Source of the DNA: Octopus vulgaris
Taxonomy: Eukaryota
Direction of reading: 5' to 3'
Assembly (NCBI GenBank): GCA_951406725.2
Contig: OX597827.1
Coordinates: 54,932,001-54,996,000 of the forward strand
Length of the DNA: 64,000 bases
How positions within the stretch are numbered: the stretch's first letter is position 1; the number at the start of each line of letters is the position of its first letter. Below, in pieces: positions 12,206-24,130 of this stretch. A model generated the notes under the pieces. That model was not told the origin of the DNA. It saw nothing but the letters and a program-made list of their open reading frames with translations, and made no database searches. Made by a program: the position numbers and the translations under genes.

Positions 12206-15200
12206 TTACAGAAATGCTTCTTTTTTCTTAACATGACTTCGTATTGCTTTCATGCTTAATGTAGTTTTATTAGTATTAAAGTTTCTTTATTTGTCTTCAT
12301 AATATTCTTTAACAAATGATTGTTAACTGACTCTTAAAATCAGTAAGTCGACTTTTTTTTCCTTGACAAAAAAGGTCCTGATAATGTTGACAAACTTATT
12401 TTTGTTTTGTTTAAATGTTGTGCTGTCAAATTCTCTTTCTGAGACAGAAATATTGTTTAATCATATCTATCACAATTGTCAAAACTCCTTTTATCAAAAA
12501 AAAAAAAAAAAATTTAAATATGATGTTTGTGTTATAGACGTGTTAGAAAATGCATCTCATAGTAAAGATAGTTCTGCATTTCTTAATTAGCTTTCATTTG
12601 TTTATGTCCTTTTCTTTGTGGTATACGCAAACAGATGGGAGGTATTGGTCGGATAATTTCACCTCTGTTTTATACCAACAGCAGAGTTATCACAGGTATG
12701 GAAAATAATGCAAATTATAATTTAAGTTCCTATCAAACATTGTTTTGGTTGTCCTTTATACTTTCTAGCTAGACTTTCTCACTCAGAATTATTTAATATT
12801 GTTAAAAAAGAAACCATATAGACTTCATCACTGTAATTATTTCTCTTCTCTGTATTTAGGCATAAAAATATTATCTTCGTTAAACCTAAGTAAGGGTTTA
12901 TTAAACATAAATTATTTTGGAGTTACTAAACTTAATATAATTTTACTCAGGGTGTTACATTCCACAAAAGTAACAAAATTAAAGAAATGTCATTAGTGTA
13001 TTCATTGCAACTGTTACAATTATTTTTTCACTGCTTTCACAACCCAATTCCATTATTATAAATTTGAATTGGGAGCTTGAGTCATGGTACATCTTTCATT
13101 AGCTGACCACACAATCATGGCCACTACCCCTATGGATGCATTACAGTTGTTCTCTTGATAGAGCTTGGTGATCTTGACTGTTGATCTTTTAGGATTCTTC
13201 CACTCAGCATTAGTGTAAGAATCACCATTGGCTCAGGTGAGCTCTTCTGCTACCTCTTCACAATCCTCCATGCTGCAGTCCCATGACTTCTCCATACCTC
13301 TGGCAGGGTAGCTGAACAGGTACTAAGCTTTGCCTAAGGGCAGGGCATGGTTGTCACTCTGTGAGATATTTTCAAAATACCTGCATACATGACTGATTTA
13401 GAATTTGTTTATTTTAAGATATTGGATAAAATGTGATTTTTCCTTTCTCTTGTGTTTTCATTATCATCGTTATGTTCACTTTTCCATGCTTGCATGGATC
13501 AGACAGAATTCATTGGGACAGATTTTCTATGGCCAAACAGTCATCCTATTGCCAACCCTTACCTGTTTCCAAGCAAGGTAATAGTTCCCCATAATCAGAC
13601 ATTTTTTCACAAAAGACTGGAAATGAGTGACATGCCTTGTATGACTGACACCCATCTACAACAATTATTCAATGTCAAGACAAAGAGATACACATGTTTT
13701 TTGGCTTCTTTTACTTTCCATCTCTCAAATCCACTCAGGATATTGGTCAACATGGGATTTTAGTACAAGACACTTGCCCATGGTGTCCATTATATTAAAT
13801 TGAAAAACAGTGATTGTTTAAAAAAAAATAAATAGGGTATTTTGAAAAAATGTCCAGGTTTCACTTGCATCATGACATTCTGTTCACATAATGCAAATAC
13901 AAGAATAAGAATTCTTTATCAGTGGAAGCAACCAAAAATACATCATTGTTGCAAATGGTCACAAGACAAAGATACTGGAACTGCCACGCACCCTCACAAG
14001 CCTCACGTGTGTGTGTGTTAAGGAGCAGTCTGGCTCTGCATTGCAGTTTCTTGATTAGTAAGAGTTGATTTCAGATAGAGTATTTTTCCATTCTCTTTGT
14101 AAACCATGGTTGCATCTGCAGATGCAATACTTGAACACATCATCAGCAAAGTATCCTGGAGTCACTGGTTGTTTCAGGTCTTACAACATATACCTATGTC
14201 CAAATGACCTGATCCAGGTTGATCAAGCATAGGTTTGCTCTCCAAGCAGCATTCTACTGATTCCATCAATCACCCCTCTTTACAGCCAAACCTATTTAGA
14301 TGCTTTCTTAACAGCCTCCTCATTGTTCTTGATGGCTCTTCTACAATTTCACAAAACATCCAGAATTCCATAACCCTTACTCAAATGTATGGCATATTTA
14401 TCTATTTATAAAACAAATGTTCAAGTTTAACTACCTTTAGTATGGCATTAATTTTTTGGCTTCAAGTATGCACTATACAACATTGTAATAAGTGCAACAT
14501 TTATACCTAGTTCTTTGTTTCATCATATAGTCTCAGTCATCATTGATCAAACAGATTTATAACAGGAGAATATCAGTCTGCTTGATTATTATAGCTCACT
14601 AGCACTACTTTCAACAAATTGGATGTTTGCAATGTTTGATTTAATGGAATTTAATTGCTTCATTAGCTTTCAGATTACGATTGTGCCTCTATATTCTGTT
14701 TGTTATTGTAAAGTGTTGACATTGGAAACTATGGTCATAACATGAAAAGTAATAGTTAACATATGACGAAGCATTTTAGCTGCTGTATTAGTATACCAAT
14801 TAATGCACATATTTACTCCCCTCCCTCCCACCCGCTAAGGCTCTTTTGGTGTTGTTGGTAATGTTGTTAGTGTAAATTTCTTCTCTATTATTTCGGTATC
14901 AGTGATACTGTTGATATTGAAACAATTTCTGTTGTCATCGTTGCCGTTGTCATCACCACCGATGCAACCTTTATATTCGATACTGTGGTAAAAATTACAC
15001 TGTTGTTGTTGTTGTTGCTACCATTATTGGTATTTCCAAGAAATTTCTAAAACAAATTCCCGATTTGTAATACTCAACTAACCTTTGACTCAATCAGATT
15101 AGATTTCACTGCAATTTTATTATTTGATTGGCAGTAAAGTTAAATTTACAAACAAGACTATGACATAAAACTGTTATTGATTTCTTACAGTGTCATAAGG

Positions 15201-15506
15201 CCATAAAATCTATTGATATGGAGAATAGTCAATTGAATTAACCCATTATATACCTGGTACTGGCTTTATCATGTCTGCAGGGATAATAGCAATCTTGACC
15301 TTGTTGGTAAAGGCTAAAGTCTATCATTATGGCACAGACATGACTGTGTGGTGAGAAGCTTGCTTCCCAACCACATACTTCTCGGTTCAGTTTCACTGCG
15401 TGGCATCTTGAGCAAGTGTCTTCTACTATAGACAAAGAACAACTAAAGCCTTGTGAGTGGATTTGGTAAATGGAAACTGAAAAAAACCTTGTCGTGTGTG
15501 TATGTA

Positions 15507-16240
15507 CAGGGTGTGATGGGTAAATTGTCACCATTGTATAATTTTAATTTCACACATGTGCATTGTTTGTTTTTGATTCTGTTGACTACACAGTATAATA
15601 CAGTCAATTGGGCACTGTCTGTAAGAAAAACAGCACCATGACACAATTCATTCTGCCAGAAATTTGGAAATGACATACTGTACTGCATGGCATTTGTGCC
15701 TGAAGCTCCAATACAAACATTTCAGAGTGTTTGGATGTCAATCTGATGACAGTGCTATCTGAGGACATGTACTGAGAGTGATAAAAATCGTACCTCCAGT
15801 CAACATCATGGTGTTTGGAGTGATCACTAATGATGGTGACGTTATGCCTCCATTCATCTTCCCACACAGCCCTAGTCTCAACACAGAGGCCTACATCAAG
15901 TGCCTGGAGGAGGTAGTGCTGCCCTGTGTCAAGGGGGTGGCTACTGTAAGACCCTATATCTAGTAACAGGACTCTGCACAAAGCCACACAAGCAGTAGAA
16001 CATAGTCATGTTTGTCAGACAATTTCTGCGACCACATCACTCCTAACATCTGACCACCTCACTCTCCAGTTATCTGGAGGATGTCATTGAAGCCAATGGA
16101 AATTTTATTGAATAAATTTACTCTTTAGTATTTCAAGATATTTTAATGTAATTTTGGTAAGTGCATCTGTTAAAATGAGATGTCAGTGTTATTTTCGGTT
16201 TTGTGTAATTTAGATGACAATATATTCACTGCACCCTCTG
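15507..16240 (+). mobile_element. Internally deleted Tc1/mariner (maT/DD37D-like) element nested in a SINE
   Basis: TA|CAGGGTG left end with an imperfect inverted right end. Transposase remnant MVFGVITNDGDVMPPFIF...QDSA..H...PPHSP with stops. The host SINE resumes after 16240. Confidence 0.8.
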
Positions 16241-16507
16241 TGTGTGTGTGCATGCATGCATGTGTGTGTGTGTGCAAGTGTGTGCGTCTTTGTGTCTCTC
16301 CCATCACCATTTGACAACTGATGTTGATGTGTTTATGTTCTCATAATTTAGCAAAAGAGACCAATAGAGTAAGTATTAGGCTTAAAAGAAATATGTCCTA
16401 GGGTCAATTTGTTCAACTAAAACCCTATTAGGCAGTGCTCCAGCATGACCATAGTCTAATGACTGAAGCAAGTAAAATATGAAAGATTACATAGTAAATT
16501 ACCTGAA

Positions 16508-16575
16508 TTTTGAGCACAGCCCTTCATCAAAGAAGGAAAAAATAGGTCTTCTTTGGTGAAGGATTTAGTTCAAAA
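16508..16575. repeat. 28-bp hairpin with a 12-nt loop
   Basis: 16508-16535 pairs in register with 16548-16575, with 3 G-U pairs and 3 mismatches. Confidence 0.75.
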
Positions 16576-17169
16576 TATCAACGCTCTTATCTTTCCACAA
16601 CATTCAAACTGTCAAGATTTGAACACAGGACATAGAGGTTTGAAAGTAAGCAGCATCAATCATGTCTTTCCATCACTCTAACTGAAATTATTATTAATTT
16701 CAGATAAGGTTGGGGGATTGATAGGCATGTTATAACATCAGAAAAATGCCTTGTATTTCTTCTTATTTTTTTACATTTTGTATTCAAACCTCACCAAAGT
16801 CAATGTGGCTTCTCCACCTGCAGAGAGTCAGGTATGTTTCATCTACATGTTCTTTATAAGAAAGGAGAAAGAAGTGCTACAACATGCTTAGTCACAATGC
16901 AATAGCACAGATCAAGGTTGAACAGAAGAGTTTTTTTCTTTTGTTTATTACTTTAATCTGTAACACTTGGACATTATGTTTTAACCCTTTAGCATTCAGA
17001 TTTTTCTGTCAAATGTAATGCTTATTTCTTCACATTGTTTTAAAGTAATTAAGCATTATCTCATAGCTTCAAGATTTTCATGATGTGATTGTTTAATTTT
17101 AAAATGACACCATAGGGTAGCTGTGTACTCAAGAAGACCCACCCACCACAACAGAATTGAGATCCTAAA

Positions 17170-17581
17170 GGCGAGTTGGCAGAAACGTTAGCACACCGGA
17201 CAAAATGCTTAGCAGTATTTCATCTGCCGTTACGTTCTCAGTTCAAATTCCGCCAAGGTCGACTTTGCCTTTCATCTTTTCGGGGTCGATAAATTAAGTA
17301 CCAGTTACGCACTGGGGCCGATGTAATTGACTTAATCCGTGTGTCTGTCCTTGTTTGTCCCCTCTGTGTTTAGCCCCTTGTGGGTAGTAAAGAAATAGGT
17401 ATTTCATCTGCCGCTACGTTCTGAATTAAAATTCCGCTGAGGTCGACTTTGCCTTTCATTCTTTCGGAGCAGATTAAATAAGTACCAGTTACGCACTGGA
17501 GTCTATATAATCGACTTAATCCATTTGTCTGTCCTTGTTTGTCCCCTCTGTGTGTAGCCCCTTGTGAGCAGTAAAGAAATA
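17170..17581 (+). mobile_element. SINE B partial dimer with a 17-bp TSD
   Basis: Two units of the GTCGACTTTGCCTTTCAT...AAGTACCAG domain (Meta-SINE-like). TSD agaattgagatcctaaa at 17153-17169 and 17582-17598. Confidence 0.85.
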
Positions 17582-19019
17582 AGAATTGAGATCCTAAAAC
17601 CAACTTGCCACATAAAAAGCATTGATGTGTTGCTGGTGCCATTTAAAAAGCACTGGTGATGGTACCACATGAAAAGCACCCAGTATACTCTGTAAAGTGA
17701 TTGGCATCAGAAAGGACATCCAGCTGTAGAAACCAAGTCAAAACATGAAACTTGGTGCAGCCCCTGGTCTTGCCATTTCCTGGAAAATGGATGATGATGA
17801 TGTGTGAGGCCAGATCTGACCAATTTGAACATAAAACTGATACAATAACATAAAACAGAATATTTGGGCTAGATACGGCCAGTTTAAATACTAAGGAGTT
17901 AAGCCTTTAGTATTCAGGTCATTCCGTTGCATATAATCTTCATTCATTCATTCACATTGTTTTGAATTAATCGTTCTTTGGGTACAGGCGTGGCTGTGTG
18001 GTAAGAAGCTTGCTTCTCAATTACATGGTTCCGGGTTCAGTCCCACTGTGTGGCACTTTGGGCAAGTGTCTTCTACTATAGCCTCAGGCTGACCAAAACC
18101 TTATGAGTGGATTTGGTAGATGGAAACTGAGAGAAGCCCATTATGTGTATGTGTGTGTTTATATGTGTGTCTATGTTTGTCCCCACCAGCGTTGCTAGAG
18201 ATTTCAATGAGGCAATGATTATTTTTAGAATGACAATATAGGGTAGGTGTGAAAGGCTGGATCTGGCCAGAACTGAACATAAAGCAGACAGAAGGTTTGG
18301 GTCAGATATGCTCAGTTACAATTTCTAAAGGGTTAAATATAAAAGGTAAATCAATACAGAACATCAATAGATAGCCATTTCTGACTCTAATACTCTAATC
18401 TTGACAACGTTTAAAAAAACAAAACTAAACCAAATAACTGAGGTTACGGTTGAATTCATGACCTTTATGGTAATATTTAGATAGGTGCTTGATGCAAACA
18501 TGTCTAATTTACTTTGAGCTGACATATTTTTTGCTTTCTTATCATAAAAGCGGTACATACAGCTGCTACCAGATAACTTCTGTCAGTAAACTCTAAAGTA
18601 AGTTACAGATGTTTATTGCTTGCCAGATATTTTCTTTCAGTTATTTAATAGCTTCCCAGATGTTAGAACTTTTTTTTTATTAATCTGTTTAGAATATTTC
18701 TTGTCGTTGTTTTCCGCCATTCTTGAGAATAAACTACTTTCTATGTTGGGATTCATTAATAAATATATTTTTCTTTCCCCCTTTTTTCTTTTTTTCTTTC
18801 TTTTTTTTGTTTTGTAACTAAATTGTTCAAGAATCTTGAAACATATTTCTCCATACATTATTAATGTCAGAATTCTTAGACTATTAGTATTCATGAAGAT
18901 TATAAATGGTTTGCCAGCACTAAGATTTGCATTTTCCACACCTTGTAAACAGAGGCGTAACTACTGGAACAACAGAAATTTGGTTTATGTCAAATATCAC
19001 TGCTCAAAATATCTTTCTA

Positions 19020-19515
19020 TATTTTACTTGTTTCAGCCATTGAACCATGGCCATGCTGAAGCACCACCTTGAAGGTTTTAGTTGAACAAATTGACCACCA
19101 TGCTGATATTTTTTTGAAGCGTAGTACTTATTCTATCAGTTTCTCATGCCAAACTGCTAAGTTATGTGGATGTAAACAAGCCAACACCAGTTGTCAAATA
19201 ATGACAGGGGACAAACATTAACACACATGCACATATGTATATTGACCACCATACTGATATTTTTTTTAAGCGTTGTACTTATTCTATCAGTTTCTCATGC
19301 CAAACTGCTAAATTATGTGGATGTAAACAAGCCGACACCAGTTGTTAAGCAATGATAGTGGACAAACATAAACACACATACGCACACACGATATGATATA
19401 TAATGGGTTTCTTTCAGTTTCCATTTACCAAATCCACTCACAAGGCTTTCGTTGGCCAAGGGCTATAGTAGAAAACACTTGCTGAAGGTGGCATACAGTG
19501 GAACTGAACCTGTGA
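19020..19515 (-). mobile_element. SINE A with an internal ~150-bp tandem duplication
   Basis: 19090-19240 is repeated at 19241-19385. Confidence 0.8.
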
Positions 19516-20573
19516 TAAAATATTCATGCTGTCATACAGTGGGAGTGAACTTTGGGTGTCATGATTGCAAAGATCATCAGCCTAAAGTTATTTGCTGTTA
19601 GAATTGTAATCATAATGAGCAGTTTTAACCTTTCATGCCCTTGTCAAAACATCTTACTTTGCACTTCCAACAAAGTGTAACATGTATACACAGAAAGAAT
19701 ATACCTTACTAGAACAACATATAAAAAAACAATATATTACTTAAAAATCAGTGAAAAAAAACATAGAACATTTTATAAGAATCCTTAATTATAGCAGAAA
19801 TAACACCATAAATTAACCTATAAATGTCATGTTTTTTTTATTCCGAAAATTATTTATATAAACTTGTAATTTGAATTAAAAATAACTCTCCTTGTCTCCC
19901 AGCCAGCAGAGAAAAAAATGTAAAAACTTTGTTAAAAATTTCCCATAGTTCTTTGCATTTCATAATCATGTGACACTAAGTCTCTCCTTTTCACCCTCTT
20001 ACATTCTTACATATACAGTTGTATAGAGTGAGTCGTACACAACCTGTAAATATGAGCTTTGTAAAACTATTTACCACACTCTGTATATATATATACACAC
20101 ACATACACACACATTTGCATAGCTATGTGTGTATATAATTACTACATCAACACTGTTTATCCAATATTTGATCAACAAACAGAATTAATAGGGCTTCACA
20201 AACCTTGAAGAAGTATAAGATCTGTTGAGAAACGGTGGTACAAGTGATCTTTTGGGGGAATGTCTTCAACAACACACACCTTTCAACTTATTGAGTGCAT
20301 GTTACAGCATTGAGTTACCTGCTACTTCCTTGCTCACACTTCCTTGCTTAACCCAATAAACAACATTTGCAAGTGTCAAATCTTAAAAGATTTGTCTGTA
20401 AACAATTTTTTGTTGATCTAAACATCATTTCATGTAACAAATGTTTTTACTTGCTTTGGTGTCACTCAGAAAAATTTTCAAATTAAACAGTGTTTGTTTT
20501 TATTTTTATCATTTTTTTGTATGATAGTTTTTTTTTTAGTCATAAGAGAGGGAGGCCTTGTGATCCTTTATAG

Positions 20574-20778
20574 CAGTGGTTCTTAACCAGGATCCATATG
20601 ACCCCTTATGAAAAAGAAAGTTTGATTTAGATGTATTTATTGTAAGAAACAGCTAGGTTTTTCTGGCTTATACAAATGAATGTGTGATACACAAAATAAA
20701 AAACTTTGAAAGAAATATTTAGGAGACTAGTTTTCTGAATATTGAATGGCTGTAAGGATCTACCATTGAGAACCACTG
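20574..20778. mobile_element. hAT-type MITE with an 8-bp TSD (relatives at ~3245, 11400, 32862, 38559, 40803, 57524)
   Basis: CAGTGGTTCT...AGAACCACTG, flanked by ctttatag on both sides. Confidence 0.9.
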
Positions 20779-21749
20779 CTTTATAGGGTCTTCAAAACTG
20801 GTGGATTAAATGAAGATCCTCTTAAACAAGAGCTATAGTGCTCATGCTTGCAACAAAGCAATTTCTGCTAAAGTCACCCAAAGCATGGTAGTGGATGTTA
20901 AACCAGTGTTCAGATTTAGTCTAACACCGATCATATGTATGGAGAGGAGATTATAACTGTATCTTGATGAAGAAGTAGAATGAAAATTGTAGAGAAATAA
21001 TATATTTTCTTCTGTATTTGAGTATATAAACATGTTTCTGCTGTATTTGAGTATATAAGCATGTTTTTGTACTTCATCAGTATAAACACATTGTTGTTTA
21101 TTTGCTACCGCCTGATAGTTAATTAATCTGTCATAATCAACACATGTGAAACAATTAAAAATGATTAGGTTAGGATAAAAAAAAATTAGCCAATATCAAC
21201 AACATTGACAGGTTGTTCTAAATTACTAGAGACATAATATACATTTATAAACTAAAAGACAAGTCATTATTATTTTAAATTTTAAAAAAATGTCTTTCCC
21301 TTTTTCTCTTTATATTAACTATATTTAGAAGGAAGTCAGTAACCTGAAAATATTACTCATAAAATTGAATGATTTATCTTCAGTCATAATTATTTTAGTT
21401 TTTTGTGAATTTGTTGATAGGCCTCAACAGCATGTCAGCTGCATTATATTTATAAATGATTGCCCAAGTGAACATTATGAGCAAAATGTTATCTAGGTAG
21501 AAGTAAACCTAAGTTTCTTTTACAATCATTTTCAATCTTTAATATAAATATTGGATTTCTTTTTCCTTCCTTTCCCATTTTCTTATTGCTTAGTTTCTCT
21601 ATTTCACATACACTTGCCTCCTCTTTTTTTTTTAATCATTGACAAAAAAAATAAGAATTTACCATAAGATTGATTATATATAGTAGTCATTATAACCGAT
21701 TGCAACAGATTGGATAATTCCATGATCTCGCATTACCTGATAGTTGTCG

Positions 21750-21781
<32 letters not shown>

Positions 21782-22949
21782 CAGTGTGGTTGAACAACCA
21801 ATCCAGGCCAAGACATGTTTAAATTAGTTATTATGTCAATTCATAGTTGAATGTTATAGTTTTAACTGTTTTGTACTAGTTTTCCTGATAGAATTTCCTC
21901 AGGAATTGTTAAAAGATTTAAAATCTGCTTAACCCATTAACATTTCAGATTACTCTGTCAAATTTAATGCTTATTTATTCATCACATTGTTTTAAATTAA
22001 TCCTGCATTATCTCATAGCTTTGAGATTTCAATGGTGTAATTGTTTATTTTTGCAACAACATAGTTGGGTAGGTGTGAAAAGCCAGATCCGGATGATTTG
22101 AATATAAAATGGGTAAAATATTTTGGCTGGATGTGGTTGGTTTAAATGCTTTAAGGTTAAATTATTTATGGATATGGTTTATTATGCTTGACCATTTCAT
22201 AGGAATACAATGAGCGATCAGTGTGCAAGTTTGATCAGTGTTAATGTGTAATCAAGGGTGGAACCCAAGATTTGCATCATCACTCTTTATCAATCAAAAA
22301 CAAAGCTTTGTGTTCTTATTGCAATGTGGCTTCCTTAACCCTTTTGTTATTGTATTTATTTTGAGATGTTCTATGTTTCTTTCAATTACTAGAAATATAA
22401 CAAAGAATTTAGTAAAATAACTTAGTTATCATTCAGCTAGTGTTAGGAACATAAATTGTGACTAAGGTTTGATGGAAGAATTATGTAAGAGAAAAAGGAT
22501 AGATAAATCAACCTAAACCTTAAAAGTGGGGTGCTTTGATATATAAGAGAGAGAGAGCTCATAAGGCCTTTTCCTAACATATTGCTAAGGTGGTCATACT
22601 AAAACTATTCAACAATGAACCTATACTTAAATTAAGATATCATCAGAGTAGGAGTACATATTGAATCAAAACCAGAGATTAAAGGCTACACAAATAAGAT
22701 AAATATTTCTATATCAGGTAAACTTATTTAAAAAAACTTTGAAAAAATATTTTTCTATAAAAATTAGCAACATTATGAAAAAAACATGAAATGATATAAG
22801 AAGGAATAAAAATATAAGACGGTACAAAAATATCACATATATGTACATAACACTATTGTGTATATATATATTGTTTATGTTTATGTTTTCCAGTTTCAGC
22901 TCTTGAGCTGTGGCCATGCTGGGGCACCGCCATTGGTATATATATATTT

Positions 22950-23142
22950 AACGGGAAAGTTTACGAAAATAAACAAAAGACGAAGGCAGGTGGAGTACAA
23001 ACAAACAAATGTATTAGTATAGCGCTCAGGAATAGAAATAGAAAAAGTCTTTTACATTTCGAGCCTACGCTCTTCGACAGAAAGATACACAGAAAAAAAC
23101 AAGGAGAGAAAAAAATGCGTGTAGGAGCTAACGATCTATCAT

Positions 23143-23145
<3 letters not shown>
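22950..23145 (-). mobile_element. Penelope-like terminal fragment with a hammerhead-like motif at 23048-23085
   Basis: Minus strand reads TCTTT CTGTCGA a GAGC gtag GCTC GAAA tg TA AAAGA. Stems I and II are perfect and the core has A6->U. It is CpG-rich and bounded by (TA)n. Confidence 0.55.
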
Positions 23146-23182
<37 letters not shown>

Positions 23183-23794
23183 TGGCGTTAGGAAGGGCAT
23201 CCAGCTGTAGAAACATTGCCAGATTAGACTGGAGCCTGGTGCAGCCTTCTGGCTTCCCAGAACCCCGGTCGAACCGTCCAACCCATGCTAGCATGGAGAA
23301 CGGACGTTAAACGACGATGATGATGATGATGATATATATCTAAGAGAGAATAAAATCACTAAACAGTAGGATATCATTCACTAGAAACCTAAAATTTAGA
23401 ATTAACTACAATAAGATATAAATATACTCAAATTATCATATAGTTAAATTAACTTATATAACTACAATTTACTGTATATTCTCTAATACTCTTATACAAA
23501 TTTATTTGTTTCATACATATAAATATGGTTTCACTGGAGCCCAACTTTTATCCGAACAAATCAACCTTTAGACCCATTCAATATAAATTCAGTACTAATT
23601 CAATCAGCATCAATTTTATAACCACTATTTTAATATATTTTAATCTAAAAACTATAATTTAATTAATATTCATTAATAAATTATATTAATTAATTAAATA
23701 AACATCTAAAAGAAATCTAATGCAAAGTCATGTTGACTAATATATAATGATAATGTTTTATATATTAGTCATCCTTCATATAAACATTGCATTA

Positions 23795-24130
23795 TTCTTT
23801 CACTTGTTTCAGTCATTTAACTGCGGCCATGCTGGAGCACTGCATTAAAGCATTCTAGTTGAAGAAATCGACCCCAGAACTTATTTTTTGAGGGGAGGGG
23901 ACAGACACATGCACACATAAATATATACATACATACCTATATTATATATATGCACACACACATACACCCAATGAGCTTCTTTCAGCTTCCATCTACCAAA
24001 TCCACTCACAAGGTTCTGGTCAGCCTGAGGCTAAAGTAGAAAACACTTGTCCAAGGTACCATGTAGTGGGAATGAACTTGGAACTATGTGGTTGGAAAGC
24101 AAGCTTCTTATCACACAACCACGCCCTGTG
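23795..24130 (-). mobile_element. SINE A, internally deleted
   Basis: Same head and tail motifs as the other copies. Confidence 0.8.

Noticed and set aside
23500-23545. Minus-strand CCAGTGA...CATA ttta TATG..GAAAC
   Set aside because: Too degenerate to distinguish from chance in AT-rich DNA.
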